A stretch of 64,000 nt of DNA from an uncultured Candidatus Binatia bacterium (lineage in GTDB: Bacteria; Desulfobacterota; Binatia; UBA9968; JAJDTQ01): positions 2,528,001-2,592,000 of the forward strand of contig OZ243916.1 of assembly GCA_965213675.1 (NCBI GenBank), in the 5' to 3' direction. Of the stretch, positions 17,480-25,352 are shown one piece after another (positions within the stretch are counted from its first letter, which is position 1; each line of letters starts with the position of its first letter). Below the pieces are notes generated by a model that did no database searches, was not told where the DNA came from, and worked only from the letters and a program-made list of their open reading frames with translations. The position numbers and the translations under genes are program-made.

Positions 17480-18853
17480 TTACATGTTGTGGATGTCGAA
17501 GCTCGCCAGATACGCATCCGGCTTGGCAGGATCGAACACCTTGCCGTTCATCAGCGTATGTTTCGCGTAGGTGCTTCCGTGAGTCTCGTAGCCCTGTTCC
17601 TTGGAAATCCGGCCGCACTCGGATGCCAGATAGACCCGTTCGGCCACCGTCTTGTAATCGAAGTCACTTTTCACGTGTTTCCAGCGCTTCATCTGGGTGA
17701 GGATCCACACGGCCATGGAGTGCCAGGGGAACGGATCGAAATCGATACGATCAGGGACGTTCCTGATGTTGCCGAGCCCGTCGGCGAAGCGGCCCGTCAG
17801 GACCTGCTCCAGCACGATCACGGGCTGGTTCAGATAGTTCTTGGGAGCGATGGCCTTGGCGATGTCCTTGCGGTTACCGGCCTTGGAAGCGAAGTGCGTC
17901 GCATCGACGATGGACCGGAACAGCGCCTGGAAGGTATTGGGATAGGTGGAAGCAAACTCCTGCGAGATGGCGAACGCGCAGCACGGATGTCCATCCCAGA
18001 TCTCCTTGGAAAGCATGTAAATGTAGCCGGCGTTCTCGTACACCGCCCGCTGGTTGAAGGGATCCGGTGCAAGATAGCCGTCCACGTTGCCCGCCTTGAG
18101 GTTCGCTACCATCTCCGGCGGCGGCACCACGCGAATCTGCACGTCCTTGTCGGGGTGCACGCCTCCCTCGGCAAGGTAGTAGCGCAGCAGGTAATTGTGC
18201 ATGGAGTAACGGAAGGGCACACAGAATCGGAAGCCCTTCATGTCCGCGGCGCTCTTCACGCCCTTGTGCTTGTTGTGCAGCGTGATGGCCTGGCCGTTGA
18301 TGTTCTCCACCGCGGGCATCAGGTAGGGAACCTGTTTCGATCCCGCGCCCAAGGTGATGGACAGGGGCATGGGACTGAGCATGTGGGCGGCGTCCACGTC
18401 CTTGTTGATGGCCCAGTCGCGCACCATCGCCCAACCGGCCGCCCTGCGCACCTTGGCGTTGAGTCCGTGCTTCTCATAGAAGCCCATGGGTTCGGCCATG
18501 ATGATGGGCGTGGCGCATGTGATGGGAATGAAGCCCACGGTCAGGTCCTTCTTCTCGATGCCCTTCGCCTTCTCCTGTGCCAGGGCCTTGGCCGTGGCCA
18601 GCGGGAACACCGAGCTCAATACGGCCGCGGCCGTGCCGGAGCCGACGAGCTTCAGAAACTGTCTTCGGGCCATTTCGTTGTGGCCGAACACCGCGCGCAC
18701 CACCGCGCTCTCCACCGCGCGATCAATGATCGCCTCGGTTCCCTGGGCCTCGGTTTCGGCGCCATCGGACCCCTCCGGCTCATGCTGATGGTGCTCCGCG
18801 TGCGACAGATGGCTCTCGGGATCGAATGGATCGTCCAGACCAAATTTCGACAT
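17480..18853 (-). CDS. cynA: Cyanate ABC transporter substrate-binding protein (NrtA/CmpA family), Tat-like signal
   Basis: Twin-arginine motif ARRQFLK, plus GFIPITCATP, AVENINGQAITL, SMHNYLLRYYLA and DFDPFPW. GGAGG RBS. Confidence 0.88.
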   Translation of the reverse strand: MSKFGLDDPFDPESHLSHAEHHQHEPEGSDGAETEAQGTEAIIDRAVESAVVRAVFGHNEMARRQFLKLVGSGTAAAVLSSVFPLATAKALAQEKAKGIEKKDLTVGFIPITCATPIIMAEPMGFYEKHGLNAKVRRAAGWAMVRDWAINKDVDAAHMLSPMPLSITLGAGSKQVPYLMPAVENINGQAITLHNKHKGVKSAADMKGFRFCVPFRYSMHNYLLRYYLAEGGVHPDKDVQIRVVPPPEMVANLKAGNVDGYLAPDPFNQRAVYENAGYIYMLSKEIWDGHPCCAFAISQEFASTYPNTFQALFRSIVDATHFASKAGNRKDIAKAIAPKNYLNQPVIVLEQVLTGRFADGLGNIRNVPDRIDFDPFPWHSMAVWILTQMKRWKHVKSDFDYKTVAERVYLASECGRISKEQGYETHGSTYAKHTLMNGKVFDPAKPDAYLASFDIHNM

Positions 18854-18871
18854 CGTTCTGACCTCCACAAT

Positions 18872-18913
18872 AAAAAAAGGCGCCTCTTCCACTCGGGAAG
18901 AAAAGGCGCCTTT
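18872..18913 (-). terminator. Intrinsic terminator in the cynA leader
   Basis: Minus strand reads AAAGGCGCCTTTTCTTCC-CGAGT-GGAAGAGGCGCC-TTTTTTT, about 20 nt before the cynA start. Confidence 0.85.
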
Positions 18914-18942
18914 GCCCAGCCCTCGGTTGCAACGTTGGAACC
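18904..18942 (-). promoter_or_regulatory. ANTAR-target dual hairpin RNA motif
   Basis: GGUUCC[AACGUU]GCAACC and GGGC[AAAGGC]GCCU both have hexaloops with A1/G4 closed by C-G. The second hairpin overlaps the 5' arm of the terminator. Confidence 0.8.
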
Positions 18943-19047
18943 GTCAGGCTCTCCGACTCGATCAAACTTTCAATAACTCCGGCATTCCGCCGCACGGGAA
19001 CGTGCTCAACGGGAAGCCGGGACGGTCATCGTCTACGTGCAAATATA

Positions 19048-19063
19048 AGCAATTGCCGTGCCA
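19048..19063 (-). promoter_or_regulatory. Sigma-54 promoter (-24/-12) of cynABDS
   Basis: Minus strand TGGCAC-GGCAA-TTGCT matches the RpoN consensus TGGCAC-N5-TTGC. Confidence 0.85.
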
Positions 19064-19126
19064 CCCCTGAACCACCCCAGAACGCGGTCGCAACCGGCGT
19101 CCGTGTATCCGAACCGGGCAACGGAC

Positions 19127-19161
19127 TGCCCAAAATGTTTGCAGTGCCCAAACATCGAGCG
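19127..19161. promoter_or_regulatory. Possible NtrC-like enhancer sites
   Basis: TGCCCAAAATGTTTGCA (17 bp, ends resembling TGCAC-N7-GTGCA) plus a second TGCCCAAA half site, about 65-100 bp upstream of the -24 box. Confidence 0.45.
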
Positions 19162-19225
19162 TTTCCAGGGGGCCGCGGATGCGGCACATCCGGCCATGTG
19201 CGATGAACCGCGGGACACGGCCAGG

Positions 19226-19801
19226 CTACGCCATGTCCGCGGTGACGATCACCGCGCGGGCTATCTCGACCATGGACTTCCGCGTGTCCATGCTCCTCTT
19301 CCGCAGCAGGGCGAAAGCGTCCGCCTCAGACAGACCGTGGCTCTTCATCAGGATGCCCTTGGCGCGTTCGATGTCCTTGCGGACCTCCATGGCATGCTGC
19401 AGTTCCTCGTTCTGACGCCTCAGGGAGCGGACCTCCTCGAAGCGCGAGAGCGCCAACCCGATACACGGACGAAGTTCCTCCCGCCTCAGAGGCTTGATCA
19501 GATACCCCACGATCCCTGCCGCTATCGCCCGATCCACGGTCTCTTGTTCGTAGTGACTGGTAATCAGGACGATGGGGACGGGGCTCTCCTCCATGATCCG
19601 TCGAGCCGCACGGACACCGTCCAGGTCGGCAAGGCCCACGGCCATGAGAACCACGTCTGGCTTCGTCCGCCGAACCAGGGACAGGGAGGACGCACCATCG
19701 GACCCTTGACCGACGATGGTGAACCCCTCTTCGTTCAGGACACGCTCCAGGCGGGTCCGCGAGGGTGAATGATCGTCGATCAGCAAGACACGGCACTTCA
19801 T
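19226..19801 (-). CDS. Receiver-ANTAR antiterminator (NasT/AmiR-like), pseudo-receiver
   Basis: REC fold (VLLIDD...PDVVLMA...LITSH...GYLIKP), a coiled coil, then ANTAR RKDIERAKGILMKSHGLSEADAFALLRKRSMD. Confidence 0.9.
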   Translation of the reverse strand: MKCRVLLIDDHSPSRTRLERVLNEEGFTIVGQGSDGASSLSLVRRTKPDVVLMAVGLADLDGVRAARRIMEESPVPIVLITSHYEQETVDRAIAAGIVGYLIKPLRREELRPCIGLALSRFEEVRSLRRQNEELQHAMEVRKDIERAKGILMKSHGLSEADAFALLRKRSMDTRKSMVEIARAVIVTADMA

Positions 19802-19918
19802 CGGGCAGCCCTTCAGGAATGCTTTTGCGGTCAGGCGCGAAGGATCTCGCCGCCGGACCGCGAGAGGTCTCAAGAGTACTGGAGAGGACTCAAAGGTACT
19901 CAAAAGTACTCAATGGAA

Positions 19919-19934
19919 AGCAAACTCTGTGCCG
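19919..19934 (-). promoter_or_regulatory. Probable sigma-54 promoter of the ANTAR regulator gene
   Basis: Minus strand CGGCAC-AGAGT-TTGCT. Confidence 0.65.
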
Positions 19935-20013
19935 TGTCGCTGTCTCTTGTTCGTTCCGTGGACGGGGCCTGATGTTCTGTTTTCAATTTCAGCGATTGCG
20001 CTTATATTATTGG

Positions 20014-20035
20014 CTAGTGTGGTGTCTGGTTAATT
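20014..20035. repeat. 22-bp element end CTAGTGTGGTGTCTGGTTAATT (copy 1)
   Basis: An identical 22-mer occurs at 45567-45588. Confidence 0.8.
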
Positions 20036-20117
20036 GCCGCTGCCGAGAGGGCGCCAGCCGGTCCAACGCGCCGGCTTCGCCCAACGGTGCACGCACCCGG
20101 CGCGAAAGGAGGAACTC

Positions 20118-21068
20118 ATGAAATCGAGATACTTGTTGTTTGCTGTCGCCGCGTTGATGGCTTCAGGCTTGGCGATGGTCGCCAAGCCTGCCGCCGCGGC
20201 GGGTGAGAAATTCGTCCTGATCAGCCACGCGCCCGACAGCGATAGCTGGTGGAACACCATCAAGAACGCCATCAAGGTGGCGGGCGAGCAGATGGACGTG
20301 ACCGTGGACTACCGCAACCCGCCCACCGGCGATCTGGCCGACATGGCGCGCATCGTCGAACAGGCGTCGGCGGCCAACCCCGCGGGCATCATCGTCACCA
20401 TCGCCGACTTCGACGTGCTCAAGGGACCCATCACGGCCGCGGTGGACAAGGGCATCCCGGTCATCACCATCAATTCAGGCACCAAGAAGCAGTCCGAAGA
20501 CCTGGGCGCGCTGCTGCACGTCGGGCAGCCGGAATACGACGCCGGATTCGGCGCCGGCAAGCAGGCCGCAAAGGCCGGAGTCAAGAAGTTTCTGTGCGTC
20601 AACCACTACATCACCAACCCCGCCTCGGTGGAGCGCTGCCAGGGCTATGCCGACGCCGTGGGCGTGAAGCTCGGCCGCCAGATGATCGACAGCGGACAGG
20701 ACCCGGCCGAGATCAAGAACAAGGTGAAGGCCTATCTCAACAGCAATCAGGACGCCAACGGCATCCTCACGCTGGGTCCGACCTCCGCCCACCCAACCTT
20801 GGCCGCGCTGCGGGAGATGGGACTCGAGGGTGAGGTCCACTTCGCCACCTTCGACCTCTCGGACGAGATCGCCAAGGGCGTCAAGGACGGCACCATCGCG
20901 TTCGCCATCGACCAGCAGCCCTACCTCCAGGGCTATATGCCCGTGGTCATTCTGACGAACCTCGCGCGCTACGGCGTGCTTCCTTCCGGGCACATGAACT
21001 CGGGTCCGGGCTTCATCACCAAGAAGAACATCGCGCTGGTGGAGAAGTACGCCGGCGAATTCCGCTGA
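20118..21068 (+). CDS. Sugar (probably inositol) ABC transporter substrate-binding protein
   Basis: Signal peptide; SHAPDSDSWWNTIKNA, HVGQPEYDAG and FAIDQQPYLQGY; AGGAGG RBS; lies upstream of the iol genes. Confidence 0.88.
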   Translation: MKSRYLLFAVAALMASGLAMVAKPAAAAGEKFVLISHAPDSDSWWNTIKNAIKVAGEQMDVTVDYRNPPTGDLADMARIVEQASAANPAGIIVTIADFDVLKGPITAAVDKGIPVITINSGTKKQSEDLGALLHVGQPEYDAGFGAGKQAAKAGVKKFLCVNHYITNPASVERCQGYADAVGVKLGRQMIDSGQDPAEIKNKVKAYLNSNQDANGILTLGPTSAHPTLAALREMGLEGEVHFATFDLSDEIAKGVKDGTIAFAIDQQPYLQGYMPVVILTNLARYGVLPSGHMNSGPGFITKKNIALVEKYAGEFR

Positions 21069-21201
21069 ACGTCATTCACTTCCTCCAGAGAACGTCCTGA
21101 CGGCGGCGGCCAAGCGCTGCCGCCGGCAGGACACGCGTGGATCGGTTGAAACGAGCGGCCTGCAACGGCCTGTCCCGTTTGGAGGCCGCGGAGGAGAGTT
21201 C

Positions 21202-22299
21202 ATGGCCGACGAACGTTTGAAGGAGATGTCATCGCTCCGCCGCGCGATGATACGGCCCGAATTGGGCGCCATCTGCGGCACCATCCTCGTTTTCATATTC
21301 TTTCTGTTGGTAGCGGCCAACACCGGGATGTTCAGCCCGGAAGGGGCCATGAACTGGGGCATCGTCTCGGCCCAGTTCGCCATCATCGCGGTGGGCGCGT
21401 GCCTGCTGATGATCTCGGGCGAGTTCGACCTGTCGGTGGGTTCGATGATCGGGTTTGCCGGCGTCGTCATCGCCATCGTCTCGGTGCAGTGGGGCTTTCC
21501 GGTATGGACCGGCATCGTTCTGGCCTTCGCCATCGCCATCGCACTGGGCGCGCTGAACGGCTGGCTGGTGATCAAGACCGGGCTGCCGAGCTTCATCGTC
21601 ACCCTGGCGTTCCTCTACATCCTGCGCGGGCTGACAATCTTCCTCTCCATCGCCACCACCCGCAAGACCATCATCGGCGGCGTGAAGGAAGCCGCGGCCG
21701 GCGACTGGCTGGCGCCGCTGTTCGGCGGCAAGATCTTCAACGGCCTGTTCGTCTGGCTCGCCGACATGGGCATGATCGAGACCTTCACCCGCGGGCGGCG
21801 GGCGGGCGAGCCCATCGTCGACGGCATTCCCATGCTGATGGTGTGGGCCATCGTGCTGGTCATCGCCGGGCATTGGGTGCTGACCCGCACGAAGTTCGGC
21901 AACTGGATCTACGCCTCGGGCGGCGACGCCCAGGCGGCGCGCTACACCGGCGTGCCGGTGGACCGGGTGAAGATACTGATGTTCATGCTCACCGCGTTCT
22001 GCGCCGCGGTCTTCGCCACCTGCCAGGTGATGGAGTTCGGCTCCGCCGCCGCCGACCGCGGCCTGCTCAAGGAGTTCGAGGCCATCATCTGCGTGGTCAT
22101 CGGCGGCGCGCTTCTCACCGGCGGCTACGGCTCGGTGGTGGGCGCGGCCCTGGGCGCGTTGATATTCGGCGTGGTGCAGCAGGGCCTGTTCTTCACCGGC
22201 GTGGAGAGCAGCCTGTTCCGTGTCTTCCTCGGGCTCATCCTGCTCTTGGCGGTGATCCTCAACACCTACATTCGCCGCATGATCACGGGAGAACGATGA
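21202..22299 (+). CDS. Sugar ABC transporter permease
   Basis: Motifs [18 protein letters not shown] and [13 protein letters not shown]; multiple TM segments. Confidence 0.9.
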   Translation: MADERLKEMSSLRRAMIRPELGAICGTILVFIFFLLVAANTGMFSPEGAMNWGIVSAQFAIIAVGACLLMISGEFDLSVGSMIGFAGVVIAIVSVQWGFPVWTGIVLAFAIAIALGALNGWLVIKTGLPSFIVTLAFLYILRGLTIFLSIATTRKTIIGGVKEAAAGDWLAPLFGGKIFNGLFVWLADMGMIETFTRGRRAGEPIVDGIPMLMVWAIVLVIAGHWVLTRTKFGNWIYASGGDAQAARYTGVPVDRVKILMFMLTAFCAAVFATCQVMEFGSAAADRGLLKEFEAIICVVIGGALLTGGYGSVVGAALGALIFGVVQQGLFFTGVESSLFRVFLGLILLLAVILNTYIRRMITGER

Positions 22300-23117
22300 T
22301 GAGCGAACCACTCGTTGAAATGCGCGACGTCCACACGGACGACGCCTCGCTGATCGAACTGCGGGAAATCGAAAAGCACTTCGGCGCGGTCATCGCCCTG
22401 GCGGGGGTGTCCGTGGCAGTGTACGCGGGGGAGTGCCACTGCCTCCTCGGCGACAACGGCGCCGGCAAATCCACGTTCATCAAGACCATGGCCGGGGTGC
22501 ACAAGCCCACCCGCGGGCAGATCTTCATGGGCGGCAAGCCCGTGAACTTCGAAAGCCCGCGGGACGCCATGATGTCCGGCATCGCCACCGTGTACCAGGA
22601 CCTGGCGATGATCCCGCTCATGTCGGTGACGCGCAACTTCTGGATGGGGCGCGAACCCACCAAGGGCTGGGGGCCGTTCCAATACATCGACTTCAAGCAT
22701 GCCAACGAAGTCACCATGACGCGGATGGCGGAGATGGGCATTCGCCTGCGCGAGCCCACCCAGGCGGTGGGGACGCTCTCGGGCGGCGAGCGCCAGACCG
22801 TGGCCATCGCCCGGGCGGTGTATTTCGGGGCGAAGATTCTGATCCTGGACGAGCCCACGTCGGCGTTGGGCGTGCGCCAGACTTCCAATGTCCTGGCCAC
22901 CATCGACCGCGTGCGCAAGGCCGGCATCGGCGTGGTATTCATTACCCACAACGTGCGCCACGCCATGGCGGTGGGCGACCGCTACACCGTGCTGAACCGG
23001 GGCACCACCCTGGGCACGGCCTTGCGCGGGGAAATCCAGGCCGATGAGCTTCAGGACATGATGGCGGGCGGCCAGGAGCTGGCGCAACTCGAGGGCTCCC
23101 TGGGAGGCACCGTATGA
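22296..23117 (+). CDS. Sugar ABC transporter ATP-binding protein
   Basis: Motifs [16 protein letters not shown] and [13 protein letters not shown] overlap with the permease gene. Confidence 0.9.
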   Translation: MMSEPLVEMRDVHTDDASLIELREIEKHFGAVIALAGVSVAVYAGECHCLLGDNGAGKSTFIKTMAGVHKPTRGQIFMGGKPVNFESPRDAMMSGIATVYQDLAMIPLMSVTRNFWMGREPTKGWGPFQYIDFKHANEVTMTRMAEMGIRLREPTQAVGTLSGGERQTVAIARAVYFGAKILILDEPTSALGVRQTSNVLATIDRVRKAGIGVVFITHNVRHAMAVGDRYTVLNRGTTLGTALRGEIQADELQDMMAGGQELAQLEGSLGGTV

Positions 23118-23154
23118 AAAGGACCCGCGCACGGCGCGTGAAACGGATCACCGC

Positions 23155-25230
23155 GTGAACCGGGCGCTGGACGTCATCGCCATCGGGCGGGCGTCGGTGG
23201 ACCTCTACGGCGCTCAGGTGGGCGGGCGCCTGGAGGACATGCGCTCCTTCCGCAAGTACATCGGCGGCTCGCCCACCAACACCGCCGCCGGGGCCGCGCG
23301 GCTGGGGCTCCGCTCCGCGGTCATCACCCGCGTCGGCGACGAGCACATGGGCCGGTTCATCCGCGAGCAGTTGCGCGCCGAAGGCGTGGACGTGCGCGGC
23401 GTCATCACCGACCCGGAGCGCCTCACCGCGCTGGTGCTGCTGGGCATACGAGACCAGGAACACTTCCCGCTGATCTTCTATCGCGAGAACTGCGCCGACA
23501 TGGCGCTGTCGCCGGACGACATCGATCCGGAGTTCATCGCCGAGGCGCGCTGCGTGCTCGCCTCCGGCACCCACCTGTCCCATCCCCGCACCGAGGCCGC
23601 CACCCTGCGGGCGCTGGACCTGGCGCGCGCGTCCGGGGCCAGGACGGTCCTCGACCTCGACTACCGCCCCAACCTGTGGGGGCTGTCCGGGCACGGCGAC
23701 GGCGCGAACCGCTTCATCGAGTCCGCCGCCGTCACCGCCAGGCTGCAACGCACCCTGGCGCGATTCGACGTGATCGTGGGCACGGAGGAGGAGTTCCACA
23801 TCGCTGGCGGCGCGCCCGACACCGTGGCCGCGCTGGCCCGGGTGCGCCAGGTGTCGGAGGCGACGCTGGTGTGCAAACGCGGCGCCGCGGGCGCCACCGC
23901 CTTCGAGGGACCGATCCCCGCAAGCCTCGACGACGGAGTAAACGGCGAAGCCATTGCGGTGGAGGTGTTCAACGTGCTGGGGGCCGGCGACGGCTTCATG
24001 GCCGGATTCCTCAAGGGCTGGCTCACCGGGGAGAACTGGGCAGGGACCCTGCGCATCGCCAACGCCTGCGGCGCGCTGGCAGTGTCGCGCCACGGCTGCA
24101 CGCCGGCCTATCCCAGCGCGCTGGAACTGCGCGACTTCCTGGAGAACGGGCCAGCGACCCCGGCGGTGCGCCACGACGCGCGCCTGGAGCAGCTCCACTG
24201 GGCCACCAACCGAACCAAGGCGTGGCCCATCATGCGCGTGTTCGCCTTCGACCATCGTTCGCAGTTCGAGGACATGGCGCGGGAACTCCGCCGGACCTCC
24301 GTGAAGGACGCGGCGCGGAAGCCGACTCCGGCGGCGCCTTCGGACACGCCATCCGGCAGCGGCGCGGCGGCGGCCAGCGCACTCGAAACAGGCGGACGCG
24401 CCGCGCCGGAGGACGCCGGTGAAGCGGCAGCAGGCGACGGCTTACCGCCAAGGGACGCCGCGGCGGCCCAACGCATCGGCGCCTTCAAGCGCCTGTGCCT
24501 GGAAGCCGCGCTTCGGGTCGCGGACGGCCGCGACGGCTACGGCATCCTGTGCGACAGCCGCCTGGGCCGCGACGCGCTGTACGCGGCCGCGGGCGCCGGC
24601 CTGTGGATCGGGCGGCCAGTGGAACGGCCCGGGTCGCGCCCGCTCCGGCTGGAGATCGGCGACGACTTCGGCTCGGCGCTGGCGGAGTGGCCCGCCGAGC
24701 ATGTGGTGAAGGCACTCTGCTTCTACCGCCCGGACGACCCGGAGGAGTTGCGCACCGGCCAGGAAGCCACGGTCAAGCGGCTGGCCGAGGCCGCCCGGGC
24801 CAACGCCCTGGACTTCCTGCTGGAGATCATCCCGTCCAGGTTCGGACGCGCCGGCGAGAACGCCACGGCCGCGGTCGTCGAACGGTTCTACACGATCGGG
24901 GTCTTCCCGGACTGGTGGAAACTGGAGCCCCTGGTCTCGGACACCGCCTGGCAACGGACGTGCGCGGTGATCGAAGCCCACGACCCACACTGCCGCGGCA
25001 TCGTGGTACTGGGCCAGGACGCGCCCTTCGAGGACTTGCAGGCAAGCTTCCGAGTGGCCGCCAGGCACGCCATGGTGAAAGGGTTCGCCGTGGGGCGCAC
25101 GATCTTCGGCGAGACCGCGCGCGCGTGGCTGGCGGGGCGCATGAGCGATGCGCAAGCCGTTACACGCATGGCGGAAAATTTCGCACGATTGTGTCAAGCC
25201 TGGGACTCAGCGCGGGTGGACGGACGGTAA
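23155..25230 (+). CDS. iolC: 5-dehydro-2-deoxygluconokinase fused to a DUF2090 aldolase-like domain
   Basis: PfkB motifs GGSPTN and NVLGAGDGF; C-terminal AFDHRSQF, PDWWKLEP and GFAVGRTIF. Confidence 0.92.
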   Translation: MNRALDVIAIGRASVDLYGAQVGGRLEDMRSFRKYIGGSPTNTAAGAARLGLRSAVITRVGDEHMGRFIREQLRAEGVDVRGVITDPERLTALVLLGIRDQEHFPLIFYRENCADMALSPDDIDPEFIAEARCVLASGTHLSHPRTEAATLRALDLARASGARTVLDLDYRPNLWGLSGHGDGANRFIESAAVTARLQRTLARFDVIVGTEEEFHIAGGAPDTVAALARVRQVSEATLVCKRGAAGATAFEGPIPASLDDGVNGEAIAVEVFNVLGAGDGFMAGFLKGWLTGENWAGTLRIANACGALAVSRHGCTPAYPSALELRDFLENGPATPAVRHDARLEQLHWATNRTKAWPIMRVFAFDHRSQFEDMARELRRTSVKDAARKPTPAAPSDTPSGSGAAAASALETGGRAAPEDAGEAAAGDGLPPRDAAAAQRIGAFKRLCLEAALRVADGRDGYGILCDSRLGRDALYAAAGAGLWIGRPVERPGSRPLRLEIGDDFGSALAEWPAEHVVKALCFYRPDDPEELRTGQEATVKRLAEAARANALDFLLEIIPSRFGRAGENATAAVVERFYTIGVFPDWWKLEPLVSDTAWQRTCAVIEAHDPHCRGIVVLGQDAPFEDLQASFRVAARHAMVKGFAVGRTIFGETARAWLAGRMSDAQAVTRMAENFARLCQAWDSARVDGR

Positions 25231-25240
25231 CGGAATGGTG

Positions 25241-25266
25241 GTCATTCCCGCTTTCGCGGGAATGAC
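25241..25266. repeat. REP-like perfect hairpin, family B
   Basis: GTCATTCCCGC-TTTC-GCGGGAATGAC between iolC and iolD. Confidence 0.75.
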
Positions 25267-25352
25267 GGTCGCGTATGTTGCTGCGTGGGGCGTTCGTTGG
25301 GAGCCATGACACGGCGGCTGTCGCGGTAATGCCGCGCAAGGATGAATCACCG

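Noticed and set aside
15733-17517. 594-aa ORF suggesting an extended CynD
   Set aside because: The first half is an off-frame overlap with cynB. The ATPase begins at ATG 16560.
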